64,000 nt of DNA from Octopus bimaculoides. Its lineage: Eukaryota. A model generated the notes under the pieces. That model was not told the DNA's origin and did not search any database. It worked only from the letters and a program-made list of their open reading frames with translations. The DNA lies in contig NC_069001.1 in assembly GCF_001194135.2 (NCBI RefSeq), positions 36,723,064 through 36,787,063 of the forward strand, written 5' to 3'. A program made the translations under genes and the position numbers. This document shows positions 1 through 9,943 of this stretch, one piece after another (position 1 is the first letter of the stretch; each line of letters starts with the position of its first letter).

Positions 1-660
1 TGACGACGTGGAGAATCTTTCTTCTCAGCCGCCTGGTCTGCTGCTCCCAGTTATGGTCACCACATAGTGCCAAACTAACACCGGAGGTTGAAGCAATCCA
101 ACGCCATTACACTAAAAAGATTAAAACAGTGCAGCGGATGAGCTACAGAGATTGGCTGAGGAAACTACAGCTTTACTCACTTGAACGAAGGTGTGAGAGA
201 TATGTAATAATGTACATATGGAAAATTGTAGAAGGGCTAGTACCTAATTTCGGTATTGAGTGTTATATAAATGCCAGAACTGGCCGCCATTGTATTGTAC
301 CACTCCATCTAAATTCCATCCACTCCATCTAAATTCAGGACCAGGTAATGCAATAGTCTAGGGTTCAAAGGTCCACAGCCCTGCGACAAAAATCAAGGAA
401 ACTGCTTAAGATGGAAGTAGATGCCTTCAAAAAGAAACTAGACATCCTCCACTCCACAATACCGGGTGAACAACCCACATGGGGTGCAGACGAGGGCGGC
501 GGAATCAAACTTCCTTATACACCAAATGGGCCAACAGCTGGGATAAAGGCATAAACAGGAGTGGTGATGTGAAACATCCCAGACTGAGGAAATCAAAAAG
601 ACCATGGTAGTGCACCAGCATGACCGCAGCTGCAAAGCTGAAACGAGTAAAATAATGAAA
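1..660 (+). mobile_element. CR1/L2-clade LINE 3' fragment (region after the RT domain), decayed
   Basis: The frame from position 3 reads CCSQLWSPH...VEAIQRHYTKKI...MSYRDWLRKLQLYSLERR...IWKIVEGLVPN, and later FKKKLDIL...IPGEQP. This matches the CR1-group ORF2 C-terminus; frameshifted near 330. Confidence 0.8.
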
Positions 661-1689
661 GAATAAAAGAATATATGTGCGTATGTGTCTGTATATATAT
701 ATATATATATNNNNNNNNNNNNNNNNNNNNNNNNNNNNNNNNNNNNNNNNNNNNNNNNNNNNNNNNNNNNNNNNNNNNNNNNNNNNNNNNNNNNNNNNNN
801 NNNNNNNNNNNNNNNNNNNNNNNNNNNNNNNNNNNNNNNNNNNNNNNNNNNNNNNNNNNNNNNNNNNNNNNNNNNNNNNNNNNNNNNNNNNNNNNNNNNN
901 NNNNNNNNNNNNNNNNNNNNNNNNNNNNNNNNNNNNNNNNNNNNNNNNNNNNNNNNNNNNNNNNNNNNNNNNNNNNNNNNNNNNNNNNNNNNNNNNNNNN
1001 NNNNNNNNNNNNNNNNNNNNNNNNNNNNNNNNNNNNNNNNNNNNNNNNNNNNNNNNNNNNNNNNNNNNNNATATATATATATATAATGATTATACGTATA
1101 TGGCAGAGACAGTGAGAACATCGCTAATTTAAAGAAAAATTTGCACCCTAATGGATTGTGTTCAAAGGAGTTCTAAACTTTCTGTGTTGAGTGTCCTGTT
1201 GCAATTCTAAATCGAAATGCTTCTACCCATACAGCTATTGATAGCAATAAAAATGACACCTGTCGTTTGATGTGAGAACTTGTAGCCTCGCTAAAGGAAA
1301 TGCAATCGATTTTTTGTATAACAATTTTCTTTTGATATATGGAAGTATCGATCATGGGCGTAAACAATATAGCAGACTGCTACATTACTGTTAATTGCTT
1401 TTTTTTTCGTGTTTTTATTTCGCTTATTTAAATGAGTCTGAGCTCCTGAGTGAGTAGACATTTTTTATTCTTTATATCTATTCTATATTTTTTTTCTATC
1501 GCTGGTTTCATTTGCAGATGGACGAAAATGCAGGAGTACCACCTGCCAGGACATTTTGTCGATTATATTGACTCTAATACTTTCCGCACAGATATGTGTG
1601 TATATCTGTGTGTGAATATCTGATATGTGTGTGTATGTGTGTGAGAATATCTGAAATAAACTCGACTGTTCTCACGAACGAGAGTAATA

Positions 1690-1910
1690 AATATGAACCC
1701 GGCCGCTCTCAAAAATTATGTAAAAAAGCAACGGAAAAATAATCCTTGTCCGGTTCCGGATCAATCTAATCAATTCGTGTCAGTCACATGACCAAACCTC
1801 TCTGAAAGTTTCATCCGAATCTATCCAGCGGTTCTTGAGATATCTTGTTCACGGACAAACAAACAAACAAACACAACTGAAAACAATACTTCCGCCTTCG
1901 CTAGGGCGGA

Positions 1911-1914
<4 letters not shown>
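1690..1914 (+). mobile_element. Helentron/Helitron-associated non-autonomous element (HINE-like) 3' end
   Basis: GTTCTTGAGATATCTTG...(CAAA)n...AAAACAATACTTCCGCC-TTCGCTAG-GGCGGAGGTA terminal hairpin (1887-1914), followed by (TAA)n. Confidence 0.55.
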
Positions 1915-1971
<57 letters not shown>

Positions 1972-2029
1972 ATAACAATAACAATATGTTCAGGACCTAT
2001 CTATAAAGGTAAAGAGATTGTGAAACACA

Positions 2030-2200
2030 ATATAAGCAGTTCTAGAAATTGGTTCCCCTAGCACAGCAACAAACTTCTACCAAAGAGACTGAAGGATACT
2101 GGAATCAAAACATGAATTAGCAGCCTGCAAGAAGTGTCCAAACTGTATTTTTCAAGTATTTTAAGATTTTTGAGATTTGAGTAGACTTGTGGTCAACAAG
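2030..2200 (+). mobile_element. R4/Dong-like (RLE-type) non-LTR 3' remnant
   Basis: LPKRLKDTGIKT*ISSLQEVSKLYFSSILR resembles the RLE-clade C-terminal tail; lies shortly after a long (TAA)n. Confidence 0.45.
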
Positions 2201-2224
2201 CTTCAGGATAATACCCGTTATTAA

Positions 2225-2514
2225 CCCATTACCTCCCATAATTCTATTAACTGGAATTTTTTATGAAACTTTGATTTCTAGCATAAAACAGCGTTAGAAA
2301 CATGCTGGAATGATCAAAATAACATTTCAAAATAACATTTTAAATAGAAATAAGCGAGATATTGGGTGAAAAATAAGCAAACCTCATTTGAATATCAGAC
2401 AAATATACCTAGTAGATAATAGCAAAAGGGTTAGATATGTGTAAATATTAACAGATAATTACGAAATTTGTAATTTTTAAGTGATCTCATATGAGATTAC
2501 TGGTAGGTAATGGG
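2225..2514. mobile_element. piggyBac-type MITE, 290 bp
   Basis: TTAA|CCCATTACCT ... AGGTAATGGG|TTAA terminal inverted repeats, with TTAA on both sides (2221-2224, 2515-2518). Confidence 0.75.
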
Positions 2515-2559
2515 TTAAATTAGCATGTTATGGCTTTTACTTTTTACCTCTTACTTTTT

Positions 2560-2774
2560 CTAGTCGTTGTACTGTGACCATGCTGGGGCACCACCTTGAA
2601 GGGTTTAGTCGAACAAATCAACGTCAGTACTTATTTTTAAGTCTATGCCTCTTTTATCGGTGGTTTTTGCCGAACCACTAAATTATGGGGATATAAACAA
2701 ACCAACATTGGTTTTCAAACTGTGTGGCAAGTTGGGTGACAAGCACAAACACAAAGGCACACACCCATACATAC

Positions 2775-2790
<16 letters not shown>
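2560..2790 (-). mobile_element. SINE family S2 (OK-like) 3' half
   Basis: Reverse complement of the S2 tail seen at 7420-7795. Confidence 0.65.
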
Positions 2791-2863
<73 letters not shown>

Positions 2864-2864
<1 letters not shown>

Positions 2865-3157
2865 CAAAAAAAAATAAACATGGATCTATGTCAGACGTGG
2901 AACCAGATACCACTAGTCTAAGATCTAATTGTTCTGCTCCAAATTCTCCTCTTTTACAACTTTCACATCTTAATCGCCCAGGATCTATCAAGGGGCCACA
3001 TTCTTCTGGAGCAATTTGCGAATCGGAGGACTCGACTGTCAGTGAACTGCGCAAACAACTCCGTGAAAAAGACATGAAGTTGACAGATATACGCCTCGAA
3101 GCATTAACCTCAGCTCATCAGCTCGAGCAATTACGAGAAACCATGAATAAAATGAGG
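2864..3157 (+). CDS. NAV2: NAV exon A (5' truncated), coiled-coil region
   Basis: [13 protein letters not shown]...[38 protein letters not shown]; donor AGG|gttagt at 3158, phase 0. The 5' end abuts (AT)n with no AG acceptor. Confidence 0.92.
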
Positions 3158-3781
3158 GTTAGTATTGTTGTTGTTATTATTGTTTAATTTATCCTCATCA
3201 CCCCTTCACTAGGCCAGTTCTTTGATCAAAAATGTTTCAGACACAATAGTTTCATCTTATTTTTTGGCTTGTAGTGTTTCTACAAGTACATTATCTATAA
3301 AGTGTCTATAAGATGATAAAGGAAGATTTAGCTGCTATTTCTAGAAGATTGAGTGACTATATAATCTCATCTCCTCTAGGTCGTCGTCCCATAGGATGCC
3401 CCAAGACTGTTTCCACGCATTTTCCCCATCCGTCTCGATCTTCCATACCAGAATCCTCCAGCAACTTGTCAATATAAGTCATCTTCCTCCTTCCTCTCTT
3501 GGTTCTTCCTTCTGTTGGTTGCCAGAGCACCAGCTTGTTAGCAATTTCATCAATGTGTCTGATGCAGTGTCCAGCTAGCCTCATCCTTCTATGCTGTATC
3601 TTCAATGTTACTTTTGGTAGTCTCCGGTATAAGTCAGAGATGGCTAACAACTTTGACTATTTAAAGCAGTAGTTCTCAGCCAGGGTCCATGTAAGATTTT
3701 GCTGCTAATACTAGGGTCAGTATAATCGACTTACCCCTTTCCCCAAACTCACTGGCCTTGTGCCAAAATTTGAAATCATCA

Positions 3782-3816
<35 letters not shown>

Positions 3817-6800
3817 TACTCTTCAGAATGAGATGAGTGCTTTGAAAGCAGACAATGACCGGTTAACTCGAATGGTCACCACTAAAAACCTAAACATGTC
3901 GACTTCCTCCCTACATCACCAAGTGAGCAATGATTCTCTTGACCGCAGTCTTAGTTTGGCATCATCAGATCACGGTAGTCTTGGTAAGTAGAAACATTTC
4001 GTTTCCTCCATGCTCCCCACCTATTAACGTAACAAATATAATGACATTGTTTTTTCCTGTGTTTTTGTTAGGGTTTTTTTTCTTCATTCTCCATTACCAG
4101 AACTCTTTATAGTGCACCAACATTATTATTATTATGTCAATGGGGATTGTTGGATCTACATTTGTCTCATGTACTTTCACCCTCTCTTTCCAATCTTTTT
4201 CTTTCTTTATCTCTCTCTTTCTCAATCTCTTTCATTCTTTGTTATCTATTCTCTTTCTCTCCTTCATACATCTTTCTTCACCACACGTCCAATCCTGCAT
4301 CTATATATATGTGTATGTGTGTGTGTTTGTATTTGTGTACTACTGCTTCACGCAACCTGTATTGGTTTGTTTACTTAGCAGTTTGACAAAAGAGACTTTT
4401 AAAAAATGAGGACTCGGTTTGTTTGTTTTTTTTGTTTTTGTTTTTTTTGTTTTTTTTGTAACTGGACCCTTTGAGGTGGTGCCCAAGCATGGCCACAATC
4501 CAGTGACTGAAACAAGTAAAAAAATAAAATAAAGATAAAGATTTACAGCTGTGCATTATCATTGTAGAAACTTTTATCTTTTCTGTCTAAATGAAATATT
4601 CCGTGTTTACCAAATTTTTTTATGAAAGTTAAAATCAAAGACTCAGGTGCTACGAGAGGAAAAAACTGTTTAAATTAGCTCCTTTTGTTATGTTTAAAAA
4701 GAATCTTTTCAGCTAAATTCATTTATTTNNNNNNNNNNNNNNNNNNNNNNNNNNNNNNNNNNNNNNNNNNNNNNNNNNNNNNNNNNNNNNNNNNNNNNNN
4801 NNNNNNNNNNNNNNNNNNNNNNNNNNNNNNNNNNNNNNNNNNNNNNNNNNNNNNNNNNNNNNNNNNNNNNNNNNNNNNNNNNNNNNNNNNNNNNNNNNNN
4901 NNNNNNNNNNNNNNNNNNNNNNNNNNNNNNNNNNNNNNNNNNNNNNNNNNNNNNNNNNNNNNNNNNNNNNNNNNNNNNNNNNNNNNNNNNNNNNNNNNNN
5001 NNNNNNNNNNNNNNNNNNNNNNNNNNNNNNNNNNNNNNNNNNNNNNNNNNNNNNNNNNNNNNNNNNNNNNNNNNNNNNNNNNNNNNNNNNNNNNNNNNNN
5101 NNNNNNNNNNNNNNNNNNNNNNNNNNNNNNNNNNNNNNNNNNNNNNNNNNNNNNNNNNNNNNNNNNNNNNNNNNNNNNNNNNNNNNNNNNNNNNNNNNNN
5201 NNNNNNNNNNNNNNNNNNNNNNNNNNNNNNNNNNNNNNNNNNNNNNNNNNNNNNNNNNNNNNNNNNNNNNNNNNNNNNNNNNNNNNNNNNNNNNNNNNNN
5301 NNNNNNNNNNNNNNNNNNNNNNNNNNNNNNNNNNNNNNNNNNNNNNNNNNNNNNNNNNNNNNNNNNNNNNNNNNNNNNNNNNNNNNNNNNNNNNNNNNNN
5401 NNNCCAACCACTTTACTTTAGAGTGTACTGGGTGCTTATTATGTGACACCGACACAAGTGCTTTTTGTGTGACACTACCATGAGTGCTTTTCATGTGGCA
5501 CCAAAAAAAAATGTGAATCTAAATATGGTCAGATTCGAACAGTAAGTCAAAGACACTAAAATCACGTTTTTCTCTTTGGAAAGAACAATGGAGAATTTGT
5601 GTGTTTTTCTTCATGAAGGGGTCAAAATGTTCCCCTTGGAAAGAACAATGAACTATATGTGTGTGTGTGTGTGTGTGTGTATACATAGGTGAGGTGGCAG
5701 AATTGTTAGCATGCAGGGTGAAATGCTCAATGGTATTTCATCCATCTTTTTGTTTTGAGTTCAAATTCTATTCTGCTGAGGTCGACTTCGCTTTTCATCC
5801 TTTCAGGTTCAAGAAAATTGGTACCAGTTTGGTACTGAGGTTGACATAATCAATTTAATTACTCCGGGTATGAGTGTGAAAGACTGCATCCCTCTGCCAA
5901 GCCATTTTGGGTCAGTGCGGCAGAGAAGGCTCATCAAACCAGTATGATCTCAAACCATTTTCTGATCAAGAGAACATGCTGAGGCCTTCATCCTGCAGTG
6001 GGCTGAACATGGGCAATCCACTATATATATATATATGTATGTATGTATATAAAAGACATGTTAGGATCCACAATGAGCAGAACTTACCTGCAGGTATTGG
6101 TAGTTCAAATCAGAGGTGCAATCTGTGTGGGTATTTTTTCAAAACATTGTCTGGTTTAAAAAGCCACATCAGACGCCATGAAAGGGCTAAGGTGTAGGTG
6201 CAGGAGGTGGTCAAACTCTGTGTAAGGAGTAGACAACCATCATATGGACAATAGTATATTGTGTGTGTGTTTTCCTTCCTTCCTGAAAGGGTCAAATCTT
6301 CTTCCTCTTAGAAAGAACTACAAACATTGGTATACTTTGTGTGTTTTCCTCACTGAAATAAACAATGCAAACCAACGTAGACACTCAATTCCACAGGTCT
6401 AACTATCCCTCTTTTACTTCCCACAATAATGACTGGTACCTATTATATGATGCAGAGTCTGTTGTTTCACTTAAACCATCCAGATTCTTGTTCGTTTTCA
6501 AAAATGAATTCATAAACATGTGACTTGTGTATTTCACGAGGGATCTGGTTGTGAAGGGGTTAAAATATCAGAGACAGCTTGGCACGGGAGAGGTAAACTA
6601 AAAGAGGGGAAGGAAATCATGAAAGGCTTTATGTTATCTGCGTAATAGACTAAGGTAGACTTAGATCAAACAGTGGAACGGGTCTGGTGTAATTGTATAG
6701 CGTCTCATGGCTGCAAGAGGATGTTTGACAGCAGGGAAACTTAAGAAGACTAAACAAAGATAAGCTGTGCAAATGAAAACAGATCTTTTGGGGCAGCACT

Positions 6801-8268
6801 GACGATAATGATAGAAAATAATAATAATAATAATAATAATAATGAGAAAGATGGAAAATTACACTGAACTCTTCAGACTGCAATTCTATGGTATTGAATT
6901 GCTAGCCACTCCCTCTAAAAAAAATAATGATATTTTGGTTTCAAATTTTGGCACAAGGCCAGCAATTTTGAGGGGAGGGGTAAGTTGAATTCATCAACCC
7001 TAGTTCTTAACTGGTACGTTATTTTATCCACCCCCAGAAAGATTGCACAGCAAGGTTGGCCTCAACAGAATTTAAACCCAGAAGGTAAAAAGTTGGAAGA
7101 AATACTGTGTAGTTACATTGCTGAAGTGTACTGCTATGCATTCATAAGAACTGTATCTAGTTTCTGATGGGGGCCCAGTGGAGGAGAGGTGCAGGAGTGG
7201 CTGTGTGGTAAGTAGCTTGCTTCCAACCACATGGTTCTGGGCTCAGTCCCACTGTGTGGCACCTTGGGTAAGTGTTTTCTACTATAGCTTCAGGCTGACC
7301 AAAGCCTTGTGAGTAGATTTGGTAGACGGAAACTGAAAGAAGCCTGTTGTACATATATATATATGATGATGATGATGATGATGATGATAGATATATATAT
7401 ATATATATGTATGTGTGTTTGTGCGTCTGTGTTTGTTCCCCCCCCCCCTAACATCGCTTGACAACCGATGCTGGTGTGTTTATGTCCCTGTAACATAGCG
7501 GTTTGGCAAGAGAGACCGATAGAATAAGTACTAGGCTTACAAAGAATAAGTCCTGGGGGTGATTTGCTCGGNNNNNNNNNNNNNNNNNNNNNNNNNNNNN
7601 NNNNNNNNTAACATCGCTTGACAACCGATGCTGGTGTGTTTATGTCCCTGTAACATAGCGGTTTGGCAAGAGAGACCGATAGAATAAGTACTAGGCTTAC
7701 AAAGAATAAGTCCTGGGGGTGATTTGCTCGGCTAAAAGCAGTGCTCCAGCATGACTGCAGTCAAATAACAGAAACAAGTAAAAGAATAAAAGAATCCTTC
7801 TGACGTTGATAATAAGATAGATGTGTGTTTTTGAGAGGCCACGGTAGAGCAGGGTTAAGGGGTACCCTTCCCCTCGTTGAATCAGTGCTTAGTTCTGCAC
7901 TGTGTAGCATCAAATGGACGGGAAGATGAAACTCCTTGAGGATAGGATGTCAGCTGAAGCGAAGAAAGGCGACTCGTTGCTTGTTAATTCAGGATGTAAT
8001 GTGGGTGGGAGTGAGTCGGGGTACGGGCGTGGTCATGGTGACATGACGGTGTGCGTTAGGGGGCTTAAATTTGAGAGGTTCCTTAACTAGACCGTCATCA
8101 TCATCACCGCCACCACTTTTGCCATCATCAACATCATCATAATCACTGTTGTCATCATAATGGAAATGGCAGTGGTGGTGGTGTTATTGTTTCATCTCAA
8201 ATCCGTTCAAATTGAGAAATCTTATGATCTAGGATCAAATCCAATGTGTTTCTTACTTTTCTCTCTCT

Positions 8269-8307
<39 letters not shown>

Positions 8308-9880
8308 CTCGCTCTAATACAAACAAAAATGAGGTATGATTTGAGGAAGATTTTACTGCTCTTTCTAGCAATGTAAATGTCTGCACAGTCAGAGTGGCAT
8401 TGAAGGCCGTTGCTGCTTCTTTTTGCATTTCTTGTCAAGCATCAGTTTTAGTCATGTTGTCCTGCCACCAGAGCTGTCTTCCCATTCCTGAAATTCCTAA
8501 CTTTGTGCCAATGGTACGCCTTCCTTATTGAAAAGGAAAGAAAACAAAGAACTAAAGGAGGGTTGTGAGTTGACAGAGGAGATTGATCATCACCATCATC
8601 ATTATCATCACCATCATCATCTTTGCTCATTTTAATGTCCGTATTTGCATGGCTCAAATGGAATTTGTTGAGTCAGATTTTCAATGGCCCAATTGCCCGT
8701 CTTGTTGCCAGTCCTTACATGCTTCCAAATAAGATGGTATTTCCCCATGGCCAGATATGGATGATGGAAAATGAAGGGCACCTCGTTTGATGATGCTCAT
8801 TTACAAGTAACACATCTTGTCAAGACAAGACATCACTCACACACACACACACACACACACCATCATCATTATCATTATCATCATTTAACATCCGTTTTCC
8901 ATACTGCCATAGGTTGAACGGTTTGACTGGGGTCTGGGAAGCCAGGAAGCTGCACCAGGCTTCAATCTGATCTGGCAAGGTTTCTACAGCTGGATGCCCT
9001 TCCTAACGCCAACCACTCAGAGAGTGTAGTGGGTGCTTTTTACATGCCCCCAGCATAGGGGCCAGTCAGGTGGCACTGGCATCGACCACACTCAAATGGT
9101 GCTTTTTACATACCACTAGCACAGGTGCCAGTCAGGCGGCACTGGCCTCAACCCCGCTCGAATGGTTCTTTTTTATGTGCCACTGGTACNNNNNNNNNNN
9201 NNNNNNNNNNNNNNNNNNNNNNNNNNNNNNNNNNNNNNNNNNNNNNNNNNNNNNNNNNNNNNNNNNNNNNNNNNNNNNNNNNNNNNNNNNNNNNNNNNNN
9301 NNNNNNNNNNNNNNNNNNNNNNNNNNNNNNNNNNNNNNNNNNNNNNNNNNNNNNNNNNNNNNNNNNNNNNNNNNNNNNNNNNNNNNNNNNNNNNNNNNNN
9401 NNNNNNNNNNNNNNNNNNNNNNNNNNNNNNNNNNNNNNNNNNNNNNNNNNNNNNNNNNNNNNNNNNNNNNNNNNNNNNNNNNNNNNNNNNNNNNNNNNNN
9501 NNNNNNNNNNNNNNNNNNNNNNNNNNNNNNNNNNNNNNNNNNNNNNNNNNNNNNNNNNNNNNNNNNNNNNNNNNNNNNNNNNNNNNNNNNNNNNNNNNNN
9601 NNNNNNNNNNNNNNNNNNNNNNNNNNNNNNNNNNNNNNNNNNNNNNNNNNNNNNNNNNNNNNNNNNNNNNNNNNNNNNNNNNNNNNNNNNNNNNNNNNNN
9701 NNNNNNNNNNNNNNNNNNNNNNNNNNNNNNNNNNNNNNNNNNNNNNNNNNNNNNNNNNNNNNNNNNNNNNNNNNNNNNNNNNNNNNNNNNNNNNNNNNNN
9801 NNNNNNNNNNNNNNNNNNNNNNNNNNNNNNNNNNNNNNNNNNNNNNNNAAACACTAATAATAATAAGTATAAATATAAAA

Positions 9881-9943
<63 letters not shown>

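Noticed and set aside
438-1132. Long ORFs spanning N-runs (also near 4.7, 9.1, 18.5, 27.1, 43.7, 52.8 and 60.7 kb)
   Set aside because: They are open only because N codons contain no stops.
1518-1571. Acceptor-like TTTGCAG followed by ATG (MDENAGVPPARTFCRLY*)
   Set aside because: It lies in the reverse complement of an S2 SINE tail and has no NAV similarity.
7450-7731. Apparent ~122-bp tandem duplication inside the S2 SINE
   Set aside because: The two copies are identical and sit either side of a 37-N gap, typical of an unmerged contig overlap.
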